A stretch of 63,337 nucleotides of DNA, filler included, from Octopus bimaculoides (lineage: Eukaryota): assembly GCF_001194135.2 (NCBI RefSeq). It is 8 parts of 7 records of this genome, joined end to end, with 100 filler letters (N's around TTAATTAATTAA, not from the genome) between each part and the next. Parts side by side here need not be neighbours in the genome. Positions count along the whole stretch, not along the records: positions 1 to 24,066 come from NC_068985.1; 7 more parts are not named here. One strand, written 5' to 3'. Both the position numbers and the translations under genes were made by a program. Positions 1 to 10,153 of the stretch are shown in pieces. The number at the start of each line of letters is the position of its first letter. The stretch's first letter is position 1. The notes below the pieces were generated by a model, which searched no databases, was not told where the DNA came from, and worked only from the letters and a program-made list of their open reading frames with translations.

Positions 1-433
1 GGTTTGGTCCCCCTAGCTTAATGTTTTGTGCAACATAATACTCTGCACATACATCACGGCAAAAATTCCTCCAATCTGTTACAGCTACATTTGCTATACG
101 ACATTCCTGGCCTAAATTCTTAGCTAAATCTCCTTTTGCCCAATAATATAATATATCTATAATTTGCTCGCATTTCAATTTGCTATTTTCTAGAAATGTT
201 CCTTTTCTAATGGAAACCATTTTTCTACAAGGCCTTCCACATGACCATATCATGCCATCTGACAAATTGTTTTTGGCTACTTCCCTCATGCTAGCTCCAC
301 AAGAGGGGCATATTTTTTGAGTATTTAACAGTCCGTATGTCTTGAGCCAGTGAATACTATCTGCTGTTGTTGCGGTGGCGGTGGCAATATCACTGTGATT
401 AATTCCATTTACACTGGGATATGCAGAAGTCAT
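1..433 (-). CDS. Merlin (IS1595/ISXO2-like) DDE transposase, N-terminal 144 codons, open to the window edge
   Basis: Hand translation from ATG 433: MTSAYPSVNGINHSDIATATATATTADSIHWLKTYGLLNTQKICPSCGASM...DGMIWSCGRPCRKMVSIRKGTFLENSKL...WAKG...DWRNFCRDVCAEYYVAQNIKLGGPN. The CxxC...W-x-C...C zinc ribbon, SIRxGTF and DWxNFCRDVC...GGP (just before the first catalytic D) are Merlin-like. No stop codon. Confidence 0.85.
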   Translation of the reverse strand, partial: MTSAYPSVNGINHSDIATATATTADSIHWLKTYGLLNTQKICPSCGASMREVAKNNLSDGMIWSCGRPCRKMVSIRKGTFLENSKLKCEQIIDILYYWAKGDLAKNLGQECRIANVAVTDWRNFCRDVCAEYYVAQNIKLGGPN

Positions 434-684
434 AGTGAAAAGCCTGCAACTAATTTGTTCTCGTGTAGATTTCAAAGTGAACAAATTTGAATTACGCGCG
501 CTTTTGGTGCTGGTCGTTGGTGGGGATGATGGGTGTATGTGATTTATTTTTAAAAACAATAATGAATAATGCAAAAATACATTTATTCATAAAGTTTAAA
601 CTGAACATGGAATGAAATATATTTATTTATAAACTTTAAACTGAACTTCATTTGTTTAAATTCTATGGAAACAAGCGAAGGTAA

Positions 685-951
685 GGTTCATATAATACAC
701 TAAACCAGCTAGGATATAGACATTTAACTGTAAACCATTCAATAAATTTTGTTGATCCGGTAACATTTGCCACAACAAATCACATCGAATGCCTATGGAA
801 ACATGTAAAGAATAGGAACAAAAGAGAAAATGGGACAGCCCGGAATTTACTGCAAACACATCTAATTGAATTCATGTGGCGTTATGAATTCAAGGACGAG
901 ATCTTCCAGAAGCTATTGGAACAAATTCGACACCTGTATTCATGCATTTGA
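685..951 (+). pseudogene. Merlin transposase C-terminal fragment
   Basis: GSYNTLNQLGYRHLTVNHSINFVDPVTFATTNHIECLWKHVKNRNKRENGTARNLLQTHLIEFMWRYEF...*. HxTVNHSxNFVDP and TNxIExLW (catalytic E) are ISXO2/Merlin motifs. An in-frame TAA lies immediately upstream. Confidence 0.85.
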
Positions 952-1144
952 AACATTACAGAGTATAAGTATCTACGAAGCATAAGTATCACATTTATTT
1001 TTAAACTTAACTTCAAACTTCATTTGTCTTCTATTTTGATAAATTTTCTCTGTTGAAAATTATATTTTTATATTTTAAATAATTTGCAATTTCAGGAAAT
1101 ATGTTTTTATATTAAATTTGTGTTTTCTAAGAAGGTGGACGAGT

Positions 1145-1180
<36 letters not shown>

Positions 1181-1329
1181 TCAGTAAGCCAAAGTATCAA
1201 CTCAAACCAGCAGGCAGACAGGCAGACAGACAGATAGCTCACTAGCAGTAATGTCCAGCAGGCAGACAGGCAGACAGATAGTTCACTAGCAGTGAGCACT
1301 TTCACTTCTGACAGCTAATACCATGACAG

Positions 1330-1480
1330 TGCCCAGTTTTCTTCTACTAAATTCTATTCGCAAGGTATTGAGGCGACTTCAAACATTAGCAGAAGCTACT
1401 TGCCCCAATCATCACACAGTGGAGTGATACTTTGAACTATGTAGTTATAAAGCAAACTATTTAACCACATGGCTATAGTT
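1330..1480 (-). mobile_element. Decayed SINE family A, 5' half
   Basis: Diverged match to the better copies at 27395-27555 and 28505-28818 (tagcagaagctacttgccccaa ~ tagtagaagacacttgcccaag). Confidence 0.5.
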
Positions 1481-2400
1481 TCTTGTATGATATTTTTGAT
1501 TAAACATTTTGAAGAAATATAATGTCTTCAATTAGGCAATCTTCAGTTAAAGACGATAGAATTCCAGTTAGCAAAGAATCATTAAAAAGACAACAAAGTA
1601 AAAGTCCATTGGGATATGCAAACACCTCATCAATTTTCTCCTCACTCAGCTTACAGGTTCGACAACAAAATATTTACATCATATTAGTTATATAAAACAA
1701 GAAAAATACAACATAAAAGAAATAAACTAGTGAAAGAAAAATAAAATGAAACAAGAAAATTGAAGAAACAAAGGCAATTAATTGAATCTGAACTGTATAA
1801 TGTTGTCCATAATTTCAAATGTGTGTTAAAACATTGTTCTTTAAGTAGAATGTGTTATATGTGAGAGATAATTGACGGAAATGTTTATTCTGATGTTTAT
1901 TATAAACATCTAATTTCATAGCTTTATCTTAATAAAATGTTTCAGTTAAAATGCAATGTTGCAATATTTTCGATGCCCATTTATTATAAAACAAAATCAG
2001 GTTATACATTCACAGCTCTATCTCAGGCATGCAAAGCTCTCTTATTCAGTATCCAGTTAAAGCTCAGCAACAAACTCAAATATTCCCTGAATATTTTTGT
2101 ATGTCTTCCTTGAATATTACGTATGTTTCCTATGAGGATAAGTCTGATCACCATTGAAGTGAAGAATTTAACATTTCAGTCTTTTTCCTGATGAAAATTT
2201 CATGGAAAGGAATCAAAGTGAATGAGAGATTATAGTGGGAAGTAGGAAGTTGGGAGAGAGTCCTGGTATCAGAAGTTTGTACTAAAATGTAAATGAAGAG
2301 GAGATAACAAAGGTTTCAAGTGAATATCTACTGTGTTATGAAATGGATTGAAGAATTTCCACAATTTGGGTTAAAACCTCTCTGTGTGTTTGCATGTGTT

Positions 2401-2480
<80 letters not shown>

Positions 2481-2484
<4 letters not shown>

Positions 2485-2694
2485 TGAGGTGCTGAAAAGT
2501 TCTTGGCTTTAAGAGTATTGGGAAAGGCCTGGTTGAAGCCCAACCTTCTGAGTTTTTTTATAGGGCTTAGAAAATCTGAAAGATTACTGCAATAAGTGTG
2601 AATCTAAGAGGGTAGTCTGTTGAATAAAATCATAATTAACTGATCCTCCTGTATTTTCTTTTACCGAAAGCCAGGAACTTTTCTGCACCACTTC

Positions 2695-2695
<1 letters not shown>
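2481..2695 (+). mobile_element. mariner-derived MITE
   Basis: About 30-bp TIRs (tgagtgaggtgctgaaaagttcttggcttt / aaagccaggaacttttctgcaccacttcg), inserted at the end of a (TA)n run. The interior retains a decayed mariner C-terminus (GLENLKDYCNKC...). Confidence 0.75.
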
Positions 2696-2728
<33 letters not shown>

Positions 2729-2793
2729 ATGGCAATCTCTGTGCTCTACTTAATGTGAATGTATTATGAGAGCACCATGATACTGCTAAATCA

Positions 2794-3011
2794 ATCCTGA
2801 GAAAGCACATAAATGTCAGTAGTAGACAAGAAATATCCAGCAACACCCGTCGGACTACTGTATCACGTGATTTTGGCATGTTTTGTACCGCATCAGCAGT
2901 CAAAATCACGTGGATATAGTCGTGCCACTATTGGATGCTAAACATTTGTCTGCTACTGATGTCTCTGTGCTTCTATGCACTAAAAGTCTATATGAGGGCC
3001 TTTCTCAGGAT
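2794..3011 (+). other. Multi-helix imperfect foldback
   Basis: Helices 2794-2805/3000-3011 (12 bp perfect), 2814-2829/2946-2961 (16 bp, 3 G-U), 2834-2840/2931-2937, and 2864-2875/2901-2912 (12 bp perfect). Confidence 0.7.
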
Positions 3012-3329
3012 AAACACTGCAATACCATACTACTCTTATAATATATCCACATTAAGTAGGATACAAAGACTTAATAATATGCTCACTCTTACAAACCTCC
3101 ACTGAAATGTAAATTAACGATATAAACCAAATTGTAATTACAAAAAAATGATAAAAAATGATTCAGCAAACATGGTTATATGGCAAGAAGACATTATGTA
3201 GGGAATGTGAGGAATAAGTCTTCAAAAATAAGTTTAAGAAAGATAAAAAAAAAAACAGCTTAATTTCACAAAAGTTTTATCCAGTCAAAAGCAAAGAGTT
3301 CTATGAGTATTCAGGTGGTTTATATACTT

Positions 3330-3960
3330 TGAGGCATGCTTACAGAGTTACAGAGATTTAAGGGTTCTGACCTCAAGCTTCAGCCATTTTGATTTGTAAG
3401 ATAAACATTTTTCCAGTTACACACAGAAGGCAATGAAACCTGGCTGTAAAGCTTCTATGGTGATATGCTTCTGCATAACCCATGTGTAGGATATAATACT
3501 GTATGTATGATCAGTAGTCTTTCTGAGAAGCCTGATGTATAAAACAGTCGCAATGCATCTTTGAGGGTTAGCAAAAGACTGTCTATGTTGGTAAATACAT
3601 ATTTTGAAGTCATGTTTGGTTAGTCCAGTAGAAGACTTTAGTGGAAAACTGCCACTTCAATGCATTTCAGTACAGAAAATCATGGATTTCTCCAAGCAAT
3701 AACCATCAGGCAGCAAGTTTGCAGGAATAACACATATGTAGGTAGCTGCAAGATTTTAATTCTAGTTTTATTTGTTTTTAGCATTGTTACTTATAATAAA
3801 AGCAGTGCAGGTTTTGCATGTGTAACAACTAATTCAGACAAAGTTTCTGTTAAAATTTTTTTTATAACTGTGCATCACTGGGAAATGGTGAATGATTTCT
3901 TGAGAAATTCAAGAACTACAATTGTTTTTAGAAATCCCTTGACTTTCCTGTAAATGTTAT
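3330..3960 (-). pseudogene. Penelope-like element remnant (linker plus GIY-YIG endonuclease)
   Basis: Frame-broken translation gives IHHFPVMHSYKKNFNRNFV*ISCYTC (cf. HFPKxHKxxKIFNRNTVKxSYSC), PDGYCLEKSMIF (cf. PLDGxCLxKSVIY) and STGLTKHDFKICIYQHRQSF (cf. YIGLTExxFKxRxxxHxxSF). Confidence 0.65.
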
Positions 3961-4262
3961 GAATATTTAAAGTTCTTTATGTCAAAGACTCACTAATAAA
4001 TCAATGTTATTCAAGAGTGTTTTACACAAGAATTATGTAGAATAGATAGACTGATTTCTTTTTGTTCAATAATTAGAGAAAGAACTTGAGTGCAGTTTCG
4101 TCTGTTGAATATTGTAAGCCATTTCACTTTACCATTCAGCTGTTCTTCATGAACTCTCTCTTTCTCTTTCCTCTCTCTTTCTCTTTTCTCTCTCTTTCTC
4201 TTTCCTCTCTCTTTCTCTTTCCTCTCTCTTTCTCTTTCCTTCTCTTTCCTCTCTCTCTCTCT

Positions 4263-4302
<40 letters not shown>

Positions 4303-4324
4303 TGTGTGTGTGTGTGTGTGTGTA

Positions 4325-4520
4325 TTAACTATGTTGAACCGTTAACCTCTACACATTTTTTTCACTTTCTATCTTTTTTATTTTCTTCTCAATCCCTTCT
4401 GTTGAAGAGCATCGGCTTGAAATGTAAAAGACTTTTCCATTTTTCCCAAGTGCTAAACTAATAACCTGCTTGTTGTTCCTACACCTGTCTTCATCTTTTG
4501 TTTCCTGTAAATTTTGAACT
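4325..4520 (+). mobile_element. Penelope-like terminal (pLTR-like) segment
   Basis: Contains a PLE-type hammerhead-like core ctgttgaagagc...gcttgaaatgta. Flanked by TG/TA microsatellites. Confidence 0.5.
4395..4430 (+). ncRNA. Degenerate minimal type I hammerhead-like motif
   Basis: cctt-CTGTTGA-a-gagc(atcg)gctt-GAAA-tg-TA-aaag. A6 is changed to U and the stem III palindrome ACGT reads ATGT. Confidence 0.35.
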
Positions 4521-4533
4521 ATATATAAATATA

Positions 4534-4565
<32 letters not shown>

Positions 4566-5192
4566 TGTATGTATAATAAAAAATCGTTCATGTGTGTGTA
4601 TGTGCATAAGTTCATGTACGTGAAAACAATGTTGTTGCATGAAAATTTACTTAGCTTTAATGAAGATGTCATTATTGAAGTATGGCTGATGTGATAGGTG
4701 GTTGTGAGAAGACTACCATTCATGTTAAATTTCATATTCATTCTCAAAGCAAACACGTATGTCTCTCTATTGCTCAGGTATCATGTAACTCAACTTCCAT
4801 TGTCAATTTTAATTATTGAATGTTGTTACTGCCATCAAAATATGCTTTTATTATTTTCATTAAATTTTTTCCACAATTTTATTTGTTTTTTTTTATATAT
4901 TTCTTTGCTTAATATTTTGTATTTAATTTTACTAAAGAGGTCTTTAAAATCTTTTGTGATAGTTGAATGTTGCTCTCCAATTTTTTTTTTTTTTTTTTCG
5001 GCTCTCTTTCACTTCTGTTTCAGTCTTTCTGTCTAATTATATTTTTCTGCCAGCCTTCCTCTATGCTTATTTGTCTTTCTCTTTATCTGCCTGTCTATCT
5101 GTATGTCTGTCTATCTATCTATCTGTCTGCCTGTCTGTATTGTTATATCTAATTATTTCTCTGTCTCATTAACTAGCCAGCAAGCTTTCTCA

Positions 5193-5260
<68 letters not shown>

Positions 5261-5272
5261 TTGCTTTTGAAA

Positions 5273-5320
<48 letters not shown>

Positions 5321-5345
5321 ACATCTATACATTGACACAGATATA

Positions 5346-5690
5346 TCTGTGTTGTAAGAAACTTACCCAGCCACATGGTTCTAGGTTCAGTCCCACTGTG
5401 TGGAATTTTGGCCAAGTGTCTCTTACTATAGCTTCAGGTTGCTCAAAGCCTTGTGAGTAGATTTGGTAGACAGAAACTGAAAAAGCTCATCATATATATT
5501 TCTGTTTGTTTCCCTTCGTCCCCCACCATTGCTTAACAACTAGTGTTGGTTTGTTTACATCCCCTTTGGCAAAAGAAACTGATAGAATAAGTACCAGGCT
5601 TTAAAAAAAGTCCTAGGTCAATGTGTCCAACTAAACTTAATGTTGTACCCCAGCATAGTTGGCAGTCCAATGACTGAAACAAGTAAAGGA
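5346..5690 (+). mobile_element. tRNA-derived SINE family A, near full length, decayed
   Basis: Head with B-box-like ggttcagtccc, central ttggccaagtgtc...gccttgtgagtagatttggtagac, tail cagcat...atgactgaaacaagtaaag. Confidence 0.75.
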
Positions 5691-6000
5691 TATATATATT
5701 TACATACACACACCAATGGTTTTATGCAAGAAATTCACAATTTTCAAGCATTCTGCTTTTGAATGTTAGCAATCTATCTCTGTGTTAACCCACAGGTAAA
5801 GTATATATTCATATACCAAATGAAGTGTTAAGCTCTCATTCTCAGTGTTTGCCATTATAGTATGTATTGTGTGTGTGTGTATCCATGCATATATGTATGT
5901 TTCTTCTATTTTTTAACTATTGAAAATCTTCCACCAAGGGAGCCAGTTTCCAAGAAAGACACAAGGCTCCATCTTTGGGATGTAGTTAACACAAACAAAT

Positions 6001-6507
6001 TCACGTTTGGAACTTGAGAAAAGTCTTGCATATTTTTACTGTTCCACTCACAGATTGGAGTTGTAATGCATGGATCAAATGGTCAGTTTCTCTTTCTGTA
6101 AATCCCAGTTGATCCCTATTCTCCTTTAAGCATTTACAAACAAAACCTGTTGCTCCAATTATTATTGGAATGAATATAAATTCATAGTCTGGATATAGAA
6201 GCTGGAGGTTTCGAAGCAGTTGTCCACAGATATCCCCTTTTCCTTTGATTTTTAAAGAGACATTTATGTTTGTAGGGCAGCTAGCCTCTATGACGGTACA
6301 TACCTTTACTCCTCTGTCCCAAAGAACAATATCCGGCCTGTTATGTTTACATTTGACAGAAGTTTTGATGAGAATATTCCACCAGTATTCCTTGAGTCGG
6401 TGTTTATGAATGTATTCTATAACAGAAGGATTTTCTAAGTTTATTTCAGGACAGTCATTTTTGCAGATGGCATTGCAAATTGTTTTAGCAACAACATTGT
6501 ATGTCAT
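6001..6507 (-). pseudogene. R4/Dong-like non-LTR retrotransposon, C-terminal restriction-like endonuclease (RLE) domain
   Basis: YNVVAK...WWN...KHNRPDIVLWD...VIEASCP...IPIIIGATG. PD-(D/E)xK-type RLE motif. Confidence 0.85.
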
Positions 6508-6726
6508 TAGTCAGTTTATTTCAAGATTTCTTGCCAATAGAGAAAGAACCGGTTTCTAACCTAGATTGAAAGCTCCTTCATTGGAATTTCAACATCAGCA
6601 ACAGGGTACTTTTGTATGTATGTAAATTGAGTAGATCGAAATAAGCAGTAAAGCTTAGTTGTCTCTGACAATACCAATTACAAATAATAAAGGTCAAATA
6701 TCTTATGTATGTATGTATTTTCATGC

Positions 6727-7240
6727 CTATATAGACATGGTCATGATCAGCTTCTGGAAAGTTTTACAGATTTTTACAGTTCCAGTGATGGATTGGATCA
6801 GTTGTCTTCGAATTAGCTTTCTCTTCTCTAGTTTTGAGAAGCCTAATTCTTCAAGGTTGGTATTTAGGCAGTGTGTCACATATCCCAAGGTCCCAATACT
6901 TACAGGTATAAACCTGAACTTGTAATCTGGATAGAGTAACTGCAGATTTCTCAATAGCTCAGCATAGGTATTCTCTTTTTCACTGATCTTCAGCTTTATG
7001 TTAACATCTGCTGGGCAGCTAATTTCCACAGCTGTGCACAGTTTCTCTTCTAAATCTCACATTGATTTCTTGATGGTAGGTATATGTACAATCTTCAGTA
7101 ATATTTCTAGTTGTTTGTCATCTGCAACATATAACTTAAGGTCTTTTATATGCAAAAGATGGTTGATTATTCTACCAAAGCATTTGTATCCATATCCAGT
7201 CTTGCTTAACATGTCAGCTAACACTGTTATGATATGAGAG
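6727..7240 (-). pseudogene. R4/Dong-like element: RT fragment fused to RLE domain (internal deletion)
   Basis: LADMLSKTGYGYKCFGRIINHLLHIKDLKLYVADDKQLEILLKIV (decayed INHLLFMDDLKLY) joins within about 30 nt to *DLEEKLCTAVEISCPADVNIKLK...IPVSIGTLG. Confidence 0.75.
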
Positions 7241-7910
7241 ATATGTGTCTGCTATGTTTAGCAGGTCAAACAACTACATAGAGGCATTCCACATTGGCTT
7301 GCTCTTTCCTTTGTAAGATTTCTTGTTTGATTTGACAGAAATTCAATTTCTGTTTCTAGCAGATCATGTAACCAGATAAAGCTCTCAATCATTGATTTGT
7401 GCTTTACTTTACAAGATGAAGGAAAATTGGCTTCTGTTTCTAGGAGATCATACCATCACCATCATGTAGGAGACCTTTCTCATTGGCTTATGCTTTCATT
7501 TGTAAAATAGTAGGTTGTGATTTGAGAGTGATTTGGCAACTATTTTAAGCATGTTAACAAACCACACGGTGGGATTCCTTGTTCATTTGACAATTCCTTT
7601 GTATGACAGTAAGATGCGATTTAAGGCGTATTTGTCTGATATTTTTAGCAGATCTTGTGACCATGTACAGGCTCCTAGTCACAGTATATCTGTAGGCTTT
7701 ACACATTTAACAACCCAAGTTATTTTAGCTTATGAAAAACAAGAGAGATAGATTGACAATCGCAACAAGATAATACCGTTTGTTGGGGGGTCCTTGTTTT
7801 TAAAGAACTGTACAACAAAATCACTGAATACTTCACAGTTAGAAACAAACAAACATGACTGACATAAAATATTTTCCACTCTTTGTATACACAGAAACAC
7901 AAACACTCAA

Positions 7911-8020
<110 letters not shown>

Positions 8021-8492
8021 TGTATTCTATCTCCTTAGCATTTTTCTTTCTATCCTTATTTTATCTTTTATTTCTTTTGTTTCCTTTTGTCTCTTTACAG
8101 TCTTCTACCTGCTGTCTTAATTTTCTTTGTTTTTTTTCTTCTTCTTTCCTTAATCTTTATCTTTTACAATAAAAAGAATAGATTCCCTTATTTGGTGGAT
8201 ATGGGTGGGAGGGAGGAAGAAGTGGGGATAGGCTAGGAGGAGGAATTGGTAGAGATACTGATGGCATTGGTTTTGATGGTGGAGAAGAAGTGGAGTAAAA
8301 AGAAGCAAATAATTATTCTATTCCAAATACACCTTGAAGTGGAATCCTGAATTTTCCAAAACATCAACCCCTGCCCCAAGTGAACCTCAATCCATCAAGA
8401 AGGATACTTACACATGCCTCCCCCTATGCACACACACATGCATATATACATTCATATATGCACAGATATGCAAGTATATATATGTGTGTCTG

Positions 8493-8520
<28 letters not shown>

Positions 8521-8524
<4 letters not shown>

Positions 8525-8642
8525 ACGATATAGAATATAGAGACTTGTTCATCCTCAGAATTTATTTTCTCTTATTTTACAAGAAAATTCAGAGAAAATA
8601 AATTCTGAGGATGAACAAATCTTCATATTCTATATCATTATA
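8521..8642. mobile_element. Foldback / MITE-like element
   Basis: 51-bp arms 8521-8571 and 8592-8642 with 4 mismatches and a 20-nt spacer. Begins in a (TA)n run. Confidence 0.65.
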
Positions 8643-8756
8643 ATTATTGCTAATATATACTCCAGAAAATATTACTGTCTAATGAAGCAAGCATGAAATT
8701 ATCCATCAAAAGAATTTACAGAGTGACTGACAACTAATAGCAGTCGTAGACATTAA

Positions 8757-8975
8757 ATACTCTTTCCTACTCTGGGTACAAGTCCAAAAAATTTGGGGGA
8801 GGGGACTAGTCGATTAGATCGACCCTAGTACTAAACTGGTACTTAATTTATCGTCCCCGAAAGGATGAAAGACAAAGTCGACCTCAGTGGAACTTGAACT
8901 CAGAACATAAAGACAGCCAAAATACCGCTAACCATTTCACCCTGCGTGCTAATGTTTTTTGCCAGCTCGCCGCCT
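8757..8975 (-). mobile_element. tRNA-derived SINE family B
   Basis: Reverse complement of the family B consensus seen at 27576-27790 (ggcggcgagctggc...ttctgagttcaa...tcatcctttcgggg.cgataaattaagtaccag). Confidence 0.85.
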
Positions 8976-9854
8976 TATAGACGTTAAATACTGATTGATG
9001 TGGTTAGCTGTAACTTTGAACTCAACTGAGAACCGCCACGGTATCCACATGGGTAACCTTCAGCTCGTTTCATTAATTTCATCCTTTTTACTAATTTTAG
9101 TTATTATTATTTTTTTCACCTACCAACTAGTTGACAGCCACTTTACATGTGGTATGAACAATCACCCAACTTTGTATTTATTTTTATTTAACTTTAGACA
9201 ATAACAATAATAGTAATAATGAATTTATTTTTACATTAACAACGAGAATAATTACTTTATGATATTACCTTAAATAACAATTATATCTAATTCCAACGCC
9301 AATTGTTTACACTCTTTCTCCTTCTCTAGTTGGTTCAGCAAGTTTATCCCTGGAAAGTTATATTCGTAGAGTTTTAAGTATACTTGTATATATCTACTTA
9401 CATACTATCGATTTTTTTTATCGTAAGCATGTTTATTCTTATTATTTCATCACTTTATAGTTTTGTACCTTGTATTGCCATTTATTTAGGTTAATTACCA
9501 TAACTTAATATGATACAATATTATGGTTAATTAATTATATTTACAATCCATCTTCAATTTTCCTTCATTATAAGCGTTTATTTACACAATGAGTAGTCTA
9601 TAAAGAATTCATTGGATTCTCTCTCTTTCTCTTTTACAAAGATTATTACCATTATTATTAACTTTTAGATTTTTCTGCGGTTCATTTTGTCTTCTTTTAA
9701 TTTAAACTCTTAGTATAGCGTTCATAGCCTCTCTCCCCAAACAGCTCCCTGTAAACTAGCGTTCTTGTTTCTAACGGTCATTTAACTTAGCTATATAGTG
9801 TTATTACTCGTACGTAACCTTAGCATTTAGCGCAAGTCTTGCATTTGTAATATA

Positions 9855-9944
9855 GTTGCCTGACGATGAATTTATGTGCATATTCCAGCACCTCTCACTT
9901 CTTTGGAGTAGAGGGCACATAATTTTTGAAACATACGTAGGAAT
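9855..9944 (+). ncRNA. Type I hammerhead ribozyme candidate with extended stem II and short stem III (PLE type)
   Basis: Stem I gttgc/ggaat (one mismatch); CTGACGA 9860-9866; stem II ttatgtgc/gcacataa plus a distal cctct/agagg and acttc/ggagt hairpin; GAAA 9928-9931; stem III ac-atac-gt; cleavage triplet GUA ending 9939. Confidence 0.55.
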
Positions 9945-10119
9945 TAAAGGAACTTATTGATTATATTCGTTTTACTCCATTTATTATTATNNNNNNNNNN
10001 NNNNNNNNNNNNNNNNNNNNNNNNNNNNNNNNNNNNNNNNNNNNNNNNNNNNNNNNNNNNNNNNNNNNNNNNNNNNNNNNNNNNNNNNNNNNNNNNNNNN
10101 NNNNNNNNNNNNNNNNNNN

Positions 10120-10153
<34 letters not shown>

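Noticed and set aside
1522-2098. Short S/Q-rich plus-strand frames (1522-1695 MSSIRQSSVKDDRIPVSKESLKRQQSKSPLG; 2016-2098 with AG/GTATGT ends)
   Set aside because: No family recognised, the splice phases do not join, and the antisense frame at 1522-1695 is similarly open.
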